Shown piece after piece: positions 7,428 to 16,754 of a DNA stretch of 20,000 bases (position 1 is its first letter; each line of letters opens with the position of its first letter). The stretch is from an uncultured virus (IMG/VR IMGVR_UViG_3300044727_000112). Taxonomy: Duplodnaviria; Heunggongvirae; Uroviricota; Caudoviricetes. The DNA lies in the IMG/VR virus record IMGVR_UViG_3300044727_000112; one strand, written 5' to 3'. Under the pieces are notes generated by a model. That model saw only the letters and a program-made list of their open reading frames with translations. It made no database searches and was not told the DNA's origin. Made by a program: the position numbers and the translations under genes.

Positions 7428-7620
7428 TTGAAACACTCCAATAGCCACTGCGCCAACGATAAGTAACCCTAGTAAAATCAGGAGGATTTATCGGCCCCTC
7501 AAAAAGCGTAAGCGCACATAACTTCGGCCTTAATGCCACTTCAAATACCGGATAACCCCAAGCCAGATTCTTCCCCAACCACGGCCCATCGATGCAAGCT
7601 CCTCGGAAAACATCAGACAA
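7420..7620 (-). CDS. Small hypothetical phage protein (66 aa)
   Basis: Overlaps both neighbours by 8 bp and fills the gap. The N-terminal CIDGPWLG is of the GP-x-x-G type seen in small phage proteins. Confidence 0.6.
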   Translation of the reverse strand: MSDVFRGACIDGPWLGKNLAWGYPVFEVALRPKLCALTLFEGPINPPDFTRVTYRWRSGYWSVSND

Positions 7621-9943
7621 GAGCGAGCTCCTTCACTGACGTGGCGACTTGCATATTGGACACAGTCACCCGGCCTTCAATCTCGAACTGCCACTGTTCA
7701 CCTTTTGTCCCGGAGAAGATCCTCAGCAGTTCGCCGGTGGTACGGATCTCGCGCGTAGTCCACAGTTGACCATCCACATAAACCCGCACGATGCCGTACT
7801 GATTGTCTTCCAGAACCAGCTGCGGGAACGTGACATCCCGTGCCACCTGTGCCGGCGTGGTATCCGGCACCGAGAAGAACAACCGCATGGCTTCGAAATT
7901 GCGCCGTGCCATCTGCTGATAAGTCTTCGATCGCCAGATATAGGGTACGATGATCGGATGCTGGTCAGTGAAATCATAATAATAAATGCCTTCATTCTGC
8001 ACCAGCAGACAGATGCCGGTCCAGGCATCGAGCTCGACGTTGAAAATATCGACCTCGTTCGGCGAGCTCAGATTGTTGTAGCCAAGCCTGTGACCACCGG
8101 CCTGCGGCCAGATGGTGAAGGAGGTCTTGTCCTCACTCGAGAGCTCGACCGTGAACCCATCACGGATCGGACCGTCGACATCCTTGGCACCAAAGGCAAA
8201 GTAGGACGAGGTGTGCTTGACCGCTCGGATGCGATGCTGCGGCGCCAGCGCCTGCCACCGCTCTCGGCTGATCCAGCCTTCAGTGGTATTGAGACCAGCA
8301 CCGGACTGCTGGACCTGGACGAGCCCGTTCTGACTGACATAGAACACCGCGGTGTCGGTCGGAACGATCGAACCACGATGCAGACACGGCTCCTGCAGAT
8401 TGATCTTGGTCAACGCCATGGCAGCCGGATTGACGCCGTTGACCAGATAGGGCGTGCCCTGGGTGCAGACGATGATCGACTGACCTGCCACCCCGATCCC
8501 GACGATGGGAAACTCGGTGGTGATCACATAACCCGGTGGCCAAGCGTGCGGCCGGTAAGCTTCGCTGAACCAGATTTCGTTAGAGCGGAAGCCCACGGCA
8601 ATGCCATTAGGGAACGCCAGGATCGCCTGCAGATCCTCCGGCGGACCGAACCAATACAGCGACACCAGCTGGGCGTTGAGCCCCACCACGTCGTCGCTGA
8701 TGATGTCGACATAGACTCCCTGGGTCACAGGGATCTCGGCCACAAGAAAATACGACCCCATGCCGGCCTGGCTCGAGATGGTGCGGTAGATGCGCGTCAG
8801 AGTGATATTACGATCGGCCTGTTTCATCACCGGATTGCCATCGCCATCCAGGATCGGAAGACCATCAACATCCGTGGCCGGATAATCCGCACCCATGTTC
8901 TCCGGCATGGGCTGGAACAGAGTGATCGTCCAAGTCGCGTTCGACCAACCATTCACTACCACCGGATCGCTGGGCGGTCCTTCCTCGCCATAAGCTGTGA
9001 CCCAGGTGTAGACATAGCCGCGAGCTTCGAACACCGACGCGCCCAGGAGATTGCCCCAGATCCGGAAGGTCGGCAGCATGCTGACGCCACCAGCGTTGAT
9101 CGGATCAGGCGGCGAGTTGCTGTAGGTCGCAGGATATCCTGCGCTGCGCACTATGTTGTCGACATTTTCCAGGTAGTACGCATTGTCAGTGAAGACGCCA
9201 ACCCAATACGTGGTGTTGGCAATGACCGAAATGGGGTTGGTTAGAACCGACGTCGCCGTCAATTGTGCCGGGTCAATAAGCGTCGACTCTCCAGCACCCA
9301 GCAACTCGAATGGCTTGCCATTGAGATCGCTGTAAATGACCCCCTTGAAGAACGTCGTGCCACCTAAAGTTGGATTGAATGAGACACTCTGAATGAGCAT
9401 CGACCCTGATGGAACGATCGGTACGAACGTGATGTGGTGGCCGGGAACATACTGAAAGCCGGTGCTGGTCGCAGCATCGACCTCCTGAAATCCAATCGGC
9501 ATGGTGTCGCCACCGCCAGACACCACGACACCAGGCGCGCAGCCCGACGCCGGCACGCCCAGGATCCAGTCGTGCTCGTCGTTCATGATACGATCGTAGG
9601 TATTGTAGCGCGGCACCGTGCTGGGCGAGGCCCAGTAAAACCGGTTGAACTGATCCTGCACCACGGGTGAGTGCATGACCGTGGTGTCGGGATCCAGAAA
9701 TTCCATCCATTTCGAATCGGCAGCGGTGATCGACGTGTCGTTGGTGACGTTGTTGGGTACACGATAGACAAACTGCGCCGCACTGTTGCGCAACAGGCGC
9801 AACAATTTGGGTTGCCGCCAGCCGGTGAGAGCTCCACTGAACAAATAACAATTGAGCGAATAGTCCGCCTGCCCGTCAGGGAGCAGGCGGCTGTCCCAAG
9901 CCGGCAATTGCCCGCCAAATTTGTCCAGCTTCAGCGCGCTCAT
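7613..9943 (-). CDS. Putative tail nozzle / tail tubular protein B-like (virion stabilization) protein, 776 aa
   Basis: N-terminus LDKFGGQLPAWDSRLLPDGQA..NCYLFSG, plus YVYTWVTAYGEEGPPS, RIYRT, NEIWFSEAYRPHAWP and C-terminal YIWRSK...WQFEIEG. These are characteristic of large podoviral tail proteins. The size and position fit. Confidence 0.7.
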   Translation of the reverse strand: MSALKLDKFGGQLPAWDSRLLPDGQADYSLNCYLFSGALTGWRQPKLLRLLRNSAAQFVYRVPNNVTNDTSITAADSKWMEFLDPDTTVMHSPVVQDQFNRFYWASPSTVPRYNTYDRIMNDEHDWILGVPASGCAPGVVVSGGGDTMPIGFQEVDAATSTGFQYVPGHHITFVPIVPSGSMLIQSVSFNPTLGGTTFFKGVIYSDLNGKPFELLGAGESTLIDPAQLTATSVLTNPISVIANTTYWVGVFTDNAYYLENVDNIVRSAGYPATYSNSPPDPINAGGVSMLPTFRIWGNLLGASVFEARGYVYTWVTAYGEEGPPSDPVVVNGWSNATWTITLFQPMPENMGADYPATDVDGLPILDGDGNPVMKQADRNITLTRIYRTISSQAGMGSYFLVAEIPVTQGVYVDIISDDVVGLNAQLVSLYWFGPPEDLQAILAFPNGIAVGFRSNEIWFSEAYRPHAWPPGYVITTEFPIVGIGVAGQSIIVCTQGTPYLVNGVNPAAMALTKINLQEPCLHRGSIVPTDTAVFYVSQNGLVQVQQSGAGLNTTEGWISRERWQALAPQHRIRAVKHTSSYFAFGAKDVDGPIRDGFTVELSSEDKTSFTIWPQAGGHRLGYNNLSSPNEVDIFNVELDAWTGICLLVQNEGIYYYDFTDQHPIIVPYIWRSKTYQQMARRNFEAMRLFFSVPDTTPAQVARDVTFPQLVLEDNQYGIVRVYVDGQLWTTREIRTTGELLRIFSGTKGEQWQFEIEGRVTVSNMQVATSVKELALV

Positions 9944-10425
9944 TTAGGTTTGCTCGTTGGATATTGCTCATTCTGCGCCGGGTTGGGGTGATGCATCGTC
10001 TCCATCGACCCCTGGCGAGCACGTTCTGCTTCTTCCTGCTTGCGCCAGAGCTCACGATTGCGTTCGACCTCATGCTCTGCCCTGGCAACCGCCTCACGAC
10101 CGGCTTGCTGTTCCATCTCAGTCCGCTTCTGCTGCTCCGGTGGTATGGGGATCGGCTGATCTTCGATCTTGGGCTCCATCTCCGCACGCAGCTTGCGGAT
10201 CCGCTCCAATAGCATCTCGCGGGTCTCACCCTCCTTCACCAGGCCAGCCTGCTGGGTGAGCTCCTGATTCTCAGTCTCCCGGATTGTCTGCTCGCGTGCA
10301 GCCTGTTCGAGCTCCGACTCCCGCCGCGCTGCATCTGCTTGCGCCTGTTGCACCGCAGCTTCATCCTGCATCTTGGCACGCCGCTCTTCGTTATGCTCAA
10401 TCGAGTCAAGCTTCTTGTTGGCCAT
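9940..10425 (-). CDS. Charged coiled-coil hypothetical protein (161 aa)
   Basis: E/Q/R/A-rich helical sequence; perfect SD; TAA adjacent to and overlapping the next ATG. Confidence 0.8.
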   Translation of the reverse strand: MANKKLDSIEHNEERRAKMQDEAAVQQAQADAARRESELEQAAREQTIRETENQELTQQAGLVKEGETREMLLERIRKLRAEMEPKIEDQPIPIPPEQQKRTEMEQQAGREAVARAEHEVERNRELWRKQEEAERARQGSMETMHHPNPAQNEQYPTSKPK

Positions 10426-10430
10426 AGTTT

Positions 10431-10438
10431 CCTCCTTA
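10431..10438 (-). promoter_or_regulatory. Strong Shine-Dalgarno TAAGGAGG
   Basis: Minus strand TAAGGAGGaaactATG (ATG at 10425). Confidence 0.85.
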
Positions 10439-10828
10439 AGGTGCTATGACAGTAAATTTGACGGTGTCGTGTTTGATATTACCAAGATTGTCGGTCATTG
10501 TTAGTGTGACGGTTACGCGCTCGCCGATTACCCCGCCAGTGAGAGCGAACTCCACATCAGTGCCCAGGATCTTAGGGGTACCAACCGTACAAGTGGTCGA
10601 GTTCGACTGCATATCGATCTGTTCGATCGTTGCCGTGTTTGCCAGCCAACGGTCATATTGGACGGTAAACAGCTTGGTATCGCCTTGAGTGTGCTGCTTG
10701 CTGGCTATGCTCATGGTTTCCATCACTCTGATCATCCGCCACTCGGGCGGGACTACGATCGTCCGTTGCTCTGGAGCGATCTTCAGGATCCGATCTTCCT
10801 CTGGAACTATGAGTACGTCGTCGTTCAT
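10436..10828 (-). CDS. Putative fibre-tail adaptor protein with an N-terminal PxExR repeat extension
   Basis: The C-terminal ~90 aa (DTKLFTVQYDRWLANTATI...VEFALTGGVIGERVTVTLTMTDNLG) match the D/YxxWL...LxGG..G..VT pattern of phage fibre-tail adaptors. Confidence 0.6.
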   Translation of the reverse strand: MNDDVLIVPEEDRILKIAPEQRTIVVPPEWRMIRVMETMSIASKQHTQGDTKLFTVQYDRWLANTATIEQIDMQSNSTTCTVGTPKILGTDVEFALTGGVIGERVTVTLTMTDNLGNIKHDTVKFTVIAP

Positions 10829-11223
10829 GCGAAGATCACATCCGCTCGTGCTTGCGTCAGGATGGCATCGGTCACCAGCGAAGTTTTCAACGTAGCCACT
10901 TTCTTCTTGTTCAAATTGATGGTCGGATCGCAGACCACCACGTCCCAGTTCTTGGCGTTACCACCGGTCTGCCGCCACGTCGTTGCAGTCGCCGCGCGAT
11001 ACTCCGCATTGGTAAATCGCCCGATGAAATCCGCGCTCGTAGGACTCGTTTTTGGATTGATTGGAATTGTCGCAATAACATTGTTGCCAGCGTCGATCTG
11101 CGGCTGGGTCGCACCCGCACCGGGCACCCAGGTCCAGGTCGCGCGATCATCGGCCTTACCAACGCTCGTGCTGGTGACGGGGCTCACTTCGGCGATGGCG
11201 TCGTACAATGTTCCAGCGTCCAT
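10825..11223 (-). CDS. Putative tail-fibre assembly chaperone-like protein (132 aa)
   Basis: FIGRFTNAE...LVTDAILTQARADVIF pattern typical of small genes directly downstream of tail fibres; it follows the 661-aa fibre. Confidence 0.55.
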   Translation of the reverse strand: MDAGTLYDAIAEVSPVTSTSVGKADDRATWTWVPGAGATQPQIDAGNNVIATIPINPKTSPTSADFIGRFTNAEYRAATATTWRQTGGNAKNWDVVVCDPTINLNKKKVATLKTSLVTDAILTQARADVIFA

Positions 11224-11226
11224 CGC

Positions 11227-13212
11227 CTACATCCTCAACATCGCATTAAGCCCAGTGCGATCTAAACCTGTACCGCTGTATCCATTACCAACGCCGTTAC
11301 ACTGCTCCAACGCAGCGACAAAGTGAACACCAAGCAACACCGGAAGCGCTGCCACAACCGAGAGACCTCCTCCGTTTGCATCAACAGTTTGAGCGTTAGC
11401 ACTCACCAGCGCGTTGCTGTCATAGCCAATACCAAAACGAAGTGAAATTCCCGCACTAGGTGGGTATCCCTGCGCCGTATACGTCGCAAAGATAGCCTCC
11501 TCGGGTTGACCGGCCACGTAGTTGACACGAAAGGTCGCACTGTTCCCCTCTGCAAACTGATAGACCGCGCCAGTATTAAAAGTCCATGAACCGGTATCAG
11601 TGCCAACGTAAGTCGCCACATCAACACGGTTGTAGGCGTTCCAGACATTGAAGCTCGCCATTCCACCGCCTGCTGCAACAGTGCCAAAAATCCAATCAAT
11701 CTGCGACGATGCATTGCTGCGCACCGTACCGACATAAGTGCCTCTGCTTGCTGCAGGGCCATTGGTGATCGTCGCATTGTTTAACCAAATGCCGTTCTGT
11801 CTAACCAATGCCGTCCCAGCCGACCGTGTCGTGTCATTGGTCCAAGCAGGACCACGCGTAAGCCTCACCGTTCCGGCATCATTCCATACGAACAGATCGT
11901 AGCAGCTACTGGCAGCAACCGCCGCCGGACCAGCTTTACCAGTCGATGAAGCCGTGGTGACGTTGGATAATTCGGCAAATGCTGTCGACACCATGTTGGT
12001 GCCGTCATACAGCCCGATCTGATTGCCTACATGTGGAGTGTAAAATATCGTCGTCTTTGCCGACTGCGTCGTCGTCATCACAGACACTGCAGTCTGCAGC
12101 GTCAGCCGACCTTGCGGCGGCGAAACACCTCCAGCCGCCGATCCCGTTGCTCCCGTTGGCCCGGTCGCTCCTGCTCCACCAGCACTGCCTGCAGCGCCAG
12201 TCGGACCCGTTGCCGCCGCACCAGTAGATCCGGTTGGACCAAGTCCACCTGCAGTACCTTGCGATCCGGTATTGCCTGTCGGCCCGGTTGGCCCTGCTCC
12301 ACCTGCACTCCCTGCCGTACCCTGCGAACCAGTATTTCCTGTCGGTCCAGTCGGACCTATCCCGCCTGCTCCACCAGCCGTACCTTGCGATCCAGTATTG
12401 CCTGTCGGCCCGGTTGCGCCTGCACTGCCAGGAGTGCCAGCCGTACCTTGTGAACCAGTGTTTCCCGTCGGACCTGTTGGCCCTACTCCACCTGCACTTC
12501 CTGCCGTACCTTGTGAGCCTGTGTTTCCTGTCGGTCCTGTTGCACCAACCCCTCCCGGCGTTCCAGCACCGCCTTGCGCACCAGTCGCACCAGTTGGTCC
12601 TGCAGAGCCCGCACCTCCTGCACTACCCTGTGCGCCTGTTGCTCCAATCGAGCCAGTTGGTCCTGTAGCTCCCGCAGTTCCTGCTCCACCATCTGCTCCT
12701 GTTGGTCCTGTTGCCCCCGCTCCGGTCGGACCGGTTCCCAATGGCCCCGTGCTGCCTGTAGGACCACTACCGGCAAAGCCGGTCGGTCCGGTTGAACCCA
12801 GACTACCTGCGGATCCCGAAGCCCCTGTTGGCCCCGTCGACCCGGTCAAGCTCGCGGTGCCGGCCGGACCAGTCGTGCCCGAAGGTCCGGTTGTGCCAGT
12901 CGGTCCGGTCCCGCCGGCCAGGCCTGCTGTCCCCGACGAACCGGTTGGACCAATCCCACCACTTGGACCAGTTGGCCCCAGCACACCCTCGAGCCCGATC
13001 GGCCCGCTTGGTCCGGTCGCTCCAGTCGGTCCACCAGGATCTCCGGTTGGGCCAGTAGCACCGGTCGAGGTCGCGCTACCTTCCGGGCCAGTCCAACCGG
13101 TTGGTCCGGTGCCGCCCGTGGTGCCACCATACCCCGTTGGTCCAGTCCTGCCAGTGCTTCCGGCAATCACCACCGGAAACGCTCTGATCGGGGCTGCAGG
13201 CAAAATTGACAT
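11227..13212 (-). CDS. Long collagen-like tail fibre (661 aa)
   Basis: About 340 aa of Gly-X-Y (mostly GPT/GAT) followed by a globular domain PQGRLTL...TTIFYTP...YDLFVWND...[11 protein letters not shown]...GTYVGTVR. I recognise this domain from rhizobial-type phage fibres. Confidence 0.8.
   Translation of the reverse strand: MSILPAAPIRAFPVVIAGSTGRTGPTGYGGTTGGTGPTGWTGPEGSATSTGATGPTGDPGGPTGATGPSGPIGLEGVLGPTGPSGGIGPTGSSGTAGLAGGTGPTGTTGPSGTTGPAGTASLTGSTGPTGASGSAGSLGSTGPTGFAGSGPTGSTGPLGTGPTGAGATGPTGADGGAGTAGATGPTGSIGATGAQGSAGGAGSAGPTGATGAQGGAGTPGGVGATGPTGNTGSQGTAGSAGGVGPTGPTGNTGSQGTAGTPGSAGATGPTGNTGSQGTAGGAGGIGPTGPTGNTGSQGTAGSAGGAGPTGPTGNTGSQGTAGGLGPTGSTGAAATGPTGAAGSAGGAGATGPTGATGSAAGGVSPPQGRLTLQTAVSVMTTTQSAKTTIFYTPHVGNQIGLYDGTNMVSTAFAELSNVTTASSTGKAGPAAVAASSCYDLFVWNDAGTVRLTRGPAWTNDTTRSAGTALVRQNGIWLNNATITNGPAASRGTYVGTVRSNASSQIDWIFGTVAAGGGMASFNVWNAYNRVDVATYVGTDTGSWTFNTGAVYQFAEGNSATFRVNYVAGQPEEAIFATYTAQGYPPSAGISLRFGIGYDSNALVSANAQTVDANGGGLSVVAALPVLLGVHFVAALEQCNGVGNGYSGTGLDRTGLNAMLRM
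12240..12545 (-). repeat. Five 63-bp (21-aa) super-repeats with core [13 protein letters not shown]
   Basis: Five copies of [13 protein letters not shown] at a 21-aa period in the translation, with varied codons. Confidence 0.85.
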
Positions 13213-13213
13213 C

Positions 13214-13957
13214 TTATAGTTCCATTAACACGTAGCTGGTATTGCGCACACCGCCACCTGATCCCGCGGTTGTCTTGACCGAAAGATCGAACCAATATTC
13301 TCTGACACCAAGATCCGGCTGATCGGAAACAGGTATAAAATCGACCGTCACAAATCCCATGATCGTAAATCCAATGGTCATCCCTGGAGCTCCAATCTCC
13401 TGCGGCTGTCCAATTGCTAGTCCTTTTACCGGATCCCCTTTGTTTGGAATCTCGCTGTAATTGTGAAACGGAATCTGATCGTAGCGCGCTGTAACAATGA
13501 CACTGCCGCTACCAGAATTTGTTGCCGTTCCAGTGACTATGACAAAATAGCGGCCCGAATATCCCGGCGTATAAACGGGAGAGCCGCCGATCATGCGTTC
13601 GACAGAATCGACACCCGTAATGAAGTCATTGTCTACCGGATCGTGCCAAAACTGGAGCCGTGAAGAAGGCTGCAGACCGAATGGTCCGGTCGCCCCGGTC
13701 GGTCCTGTTGCCGACACGCCCGGATTTCCAGTTGACCCAGTAGGTCCAGTTGCCGTTCCCGCAACACCAGGAGCTCCTGTCGGCCCGGTTACACCACGAG
13801 CTCCGGTCGCACCCATAGGTCCGGTCGCGCCAGTAATCGACACCTCACCTTCCGGCCCAGTTGGGCCAGTTGGTCCGCCAGCCGGACCAGTTGGACCACC
13901 CAACACCACCGTTGGCTGGGCCAAGATAACAGCGCGAATGGTTTTTTCTACCGTCAC
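13214..13957 (-). CDS. Short collagen-like fibre, head type B (247 aa)
   Basis: GTG start abutting [14 protein letters not shown], Gly-X-Thr stalk, and a beta-rich head ending YWFDL...[11 protein letters not shown]. Confidence 0.8.
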   Translation of the reverse strand: MTVEKTIRAVILAQPTVVLGGPTGPAGGPTGPTGPEGEVSITGATGPMGATGARGVTGPTGAPGVAGTATGPTGSTGNPGVSATGPTGATGPFGLQPSSRLQFWHDPVDNDFITGVDSVERMIGGSPVYTPGYSGRYFVIVTGTATNSGSGSVIVTARYDQIPFHNYSEIPNKGDPVKGLAIGQPQEIGAPGMTIGFTIMGFVTVDFIPVSDQPDLGVREYWFDLSVKTTAGSGGGVRNTSYVLMEL

Positions 13958-14647
13958 CTAGAACTCCAAGATCGCTAAACTGATATTCTTGATGGTACCG
14001 ACACCACCAGACGTTTGCAGATCGAACCACCGCTCCTCACCCACCTCAAAACCTTGATCCTGGCCCAAGAACGGGCCAGATATCACTGTGAACGGAATGA
14101 CCTTGTTGAGAGGAACTAAAATCTCCACACCAGTCCAACTCGATACATTCCCTGGCAAACCAAAACCTTGATCACCAGGATTTGGTGCAGGCGCACTACC
14201 AGAAGCTCCACCAATCCAAACCTTGTCACCAGTCGTTGGAGCCCAAGTCCCGGTGAACATCGTGAACAGCTGACCACTGTGTTGCGCGGTATAAAAAAAC
14301 TTACAGCCAACATACGCAGCAGGTGCAGTTACAACGAGCCCCAAACGATTTTCAAAATACGCAGTATGTTCAGCTGGAATCATGACATCCGGCCCCTGCG
14401 GACCAGTCGGTCCCACTACCTGAAAGCCAGTTGGCCCGACTACTCCAGTCGGACCCGTCAACAATGAAGCAAGACCAACAAGACCGTGATATCCAGCAGA
14501 TCCGACAAAACCCGTCACACCATCAGCCCCCGTTGCTCCTGTCAGCAACGCGCTGCCACGTATGCCAGTTGGTCCCATCAGACCAGCAGCAATCCCGGTT
14601 GGTCCACCAACCACTCGCACTAGATTTGCGCGAACAGGAAGCCGCAT
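13958..14647 (-). CDS. Short collagen-like fibre, head type B (229 aa), degenerate stalk
   Basis: TAATG coupling; VRVVGGPTG; head ending RWFDL...[11 protein letters not shown], paralogous to 13214..13957. Confidence 0.8.
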   Translation of the reverse strand: MRLPVRANLVRVVGGPTGIAAGLMGPTGIRGSALLTGATGADGVTGFVGSAGYHGLVGLASLLTGPTGVVGPTGFQVVGPTGPQGPDVMIPAEHTAYFENRLGLVVTAPAAYVGCKFFYTAQHSGQLFTMFTGTWAPTTGDKVWIGGASGSAPAPNPGDQGFGLPGNVSSWTGVEILVPLNKVIPFTVISGPFLGQDQGFEVGEERWFDLQTSGGVGTIKNISLAILEF

Positions 14648-15603
14648 TAGCGAATTCCTATGATGGGTTGTGCGTATTGCGAAAACTGTGACGGCGGCAG
14701 CGAATCATTCGGCACCGCTGCATAGTTCAGTGTGTAGAAATCATTGCTCGTCAAGTCGGGGAAATTGCCGCCATTGAACGTAGCAACATAAGTCACGTTG
14801 TGGATCGGCTGCGTCCAGCCAGAAGAACTACACCTCCAACCCAACGTATGAACGACATAAGTGCCAGGAAATGCTTCGACTCTGATGTCTCCACCAGCCC
14901 ACAATGCAAGATAATATGGCTTCGGACTCAGCATGACATCGATCGGAACCTGGGTAACACCTGTCGTCGTCCAATTCATCGGAACGGTTTCCACCAGACA
15001 AACCGTCGGATGCATATTCTGATCGCAATCGTAAATCCCAAGCTTGAAGACGTTCTCAGAACCAACAACTCCAATAGCCATCGCTGTGTAATGTCGCGCA
15101 AACGGCACATACACCGGAATCAAGTAAATGATGTTTGGATCGATGGTCACCTCTGTCAACGGAATGTTGCTGAGTGACGGCATCACAAGAAACGTGTTCG
15201 AGTAAGCAAACATCGGAGCCATCGAACCACAAACATTGCCGCCGCCAAGCGGTCCCACCGGTCCAGCAGAACCGGTTGGTCCAGTCGCAGGACCAGTCAC
15301 TCCTTGTGGTCCTGCCACCCCTGTCGGCCCGGTGTCGCCTGTTGGCCCGGTATCACCAGTCGGACCTGAATCTCCCTGCGGACCTACACCAAGCGGTCCT
15401 GTCACCCCACCTGGTCCGGTCGGACCAGTCGATCCAGCCTGTCCCGCTGGGCCGGTACCCATAACCCCGGTCGGCCCCATCGGTCCGGTCGGCCCGGTTG
15501 TCGTCGCAGTTCCCATAGAACCAGTCGGCCCAGTCGGGCCGCCGGCCGGACCTGTCGGTCCTCCGACCACCACAACTGGTCTGGTCTCTATGATCTTCGG
15601 CAC
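14647..15603 (-). CDS. Collagen-like fibre, head type A (318 aa)
   Basis: GGAGG SD then [14 protein letters not shown]; head motifs [28 protein letters not shown]. Confidence 0.8.
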   Translation of the reverse strand: MPKIIETRPVVVVGGPTGPAGGPTGPTGSMGTATTTGPTGPMGPTGVMGTGPAGQAGSTGPTGPGGVTGPLGVGPQGDSGPTGDTGPTGDTGPTGVAGPQGVTGPATGPTGSAGPVGPLGGGNVCGSMAPMFAYSNTFLVMPSLSNIPLTEVTIDPNIIYLIPVYVPFARHYTAMAIGVVGSENVFKLGIYDCDQNMHPTVCLVETVPMNWTTTGVTQVPIDVMLSPKPYYLALWAGGDIRVEAFPGTYVVHTLGWRCSSSGWTQPIHNVTYVATFNGGNFPDLTSNDFYTLNYAAVPNDSLPPSQFSQYAQPIIGIR

Positions 15604-15612
15604 TACGACCTC

Positions 15613-16566
15613 CTAGCGAATGCCAATCCACACAGCAGACGTGCTCAGAACCAAATCGGATTGCGGCACCGATGTCAGGGTTGGAAACGTGCCGTAGGTA
15701 AAACTGCCGCGGTAATACATCTGCTGCGCTTCAAACATCCATCTAGAATTATCGTCGTACTTCCGCCAACCGAGAAGAACAGGAATCATGTCGGTGTCGA
15801 TCACCGCAAAATATTCGCCCTGATCGAGCAAAAACCCAAGATAGTATGGTCTTGCAGCCAGATCCAAATTACAGAAAGCAGACACCTGACCTTGCGGAAT
15901 CGAATTTATCGCCGCACTACCAAAGAGCGGAACCGTCGGATGCATATCATCGCCACAATCGTATAGACTCAACCACAGTCTGATAGTCGGATATACAGAC
16001 TGATATGAATCAACGACGATCTGCGTACAATGTCTGGCAAAAGGCAAAAACACTGGCGTCAAATAGAGGATGCCAGCCGACAGCTGTCGGTAGGTTTTCT
16101 CCCGCGTCCATTTTACAAAAGGAGTGGTAAGAAAAACTTCAGAATCAGCAAAAAATGGTGCCGCCACCCCACCATAATTTCCCCTGCCAGTTGGCCCGAT
16201 CCCACCAGTGATCCCAGTTGGAGAAGCAGGAGCTCCAATTGCTCCCCGTGCTCCGGTCGAACCAGTTGGTCCGGTAACACCAAGTCCACCCCAATCGCCC
16301 CACCAACCCGTATTACCCGTCGGCCCATCAATTTCAAGCGGTCCGGTTGCTCCGAGTGGTCCTGTCGAGCCAGTGAAATGATCCGGTCCCGTCGCCCCGG
16401 TAGCCCCCATCTGACCTGTCGGTCCATGCGGACCAGTCACACCCGTAATCGGCGCTGCTCCTTCCGACCCTGTTGGACCCGTTGCGCCAACCGATCCCGT
16501 CGGCCCGCCCAGCACCACAACTGGCTTGACCATAACTTCAGCAGGATCGATCGACTGCGTAGCCAT
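15613..16566 (-). CDS. Collagen-like fibre, head type A (317 aa; start re-called)
   Basis: ATG at 16566 is coupled by TGATG to the 62-aa gene ([24 protein letters not shown]). Head motifs [28 protein letters not shown]. Confidence 0.8.
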   Translation of the reverse strand: MATQSIDPAEVMVKPVVVLGGPTGSVGATGPTGSEGAAPITGVTGPHGPTGQMGATGATGPDHFTGSTGPLGATGPLEIDGPTGNTGWWGDWGGLGVTGPTGSTGARGAIGAPASPTGITGGIGPTGRGNYGGVAAPFFADSEVFLTTPFVKWTREKTYRQLSAGILYLTPVFLPFARHCTQIVVDSYQSVYPTIRLWLSLYDCGDDMHPTVPLFGSAAINSIPQGQVSAFCNLDLAARPYYLGFLLDQGEYFAVIDTDMIPVLLGWRKYDDNSRWMFEAQQMYYRGSFTYGTFPTLTSVPQSDLVLSTSAVWIGIR

Positions 16567-16754
16567 CAGACGAAACTCGCCGAGAACGTCTCTGTACCCT
16601 TGAGCGAAGCCCAATGCTCGACTGCAATCTGTGTCACCTGCAGCACCGGCAGGCCTGGAGCCCAATGCTCCACAACAATCTGCGTCACCTGCGCAACAGG
16701 CACGCCATCAGCCCACTGCTCCACAGCAATCTGAGTATTCTGTGCGTCAGTCAT
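16566..16754 (-). CDS. 62-aa protein made of three 14-aa repeats Q(N/V)TQI(A/V)VE(Q/H)WA
   Basis: Coupled on both sides (ATGA, TGATG). The three 42-bp repeats are conserved in this reading frame. Confidence 0.75.
   Translation of the reverse strand: MTDAQNTQIAVEQWADGVPVAQVTQIVVEHWAPGLPVLQVTQIAVEHWASLKGTETFSASFV

Noticed and set aside
7649..9244. 531-aa plus-strand ORF, and the other plus-strand ORFs (68..523, 905..1738, 2264..3097, 3151..3918, 12272..13219, 18571..19224)
   Set aside because: Antisense shadows of GC-rich or repetitive minus-strand genes. They have no RBS or coupling and no protein-like motifs, and the hydrophobic VLIA or PVG repeats simply mirror DQYG or GPT codons.
11227..13212. 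Eukaryotic collagen, Bacillus exosporium BclA or mycobacterial PE-PGRS gene
   Set aside because: The context is intronless, SD-led and phage-structural, and there are no PE or exosporium leader domains.
13214..16566. Diversity-generating retroelement acting on the paralogous fibre heads
   Set aside because: There is no reverse transcriptase and no near-identical TR/VR pair with adenine-specific mismatches in the window. The paralogues are diverged throughout.
16567..16665. N-terminal extension of the 350-aa ORF called in the track
   Set aside because: It overlaps the 62-aa repeat gene. The ATG at 16566 is TGATG-coupled and places the shared [10 protein letters not shown] motif near the N-terminus, as in the paralogues.
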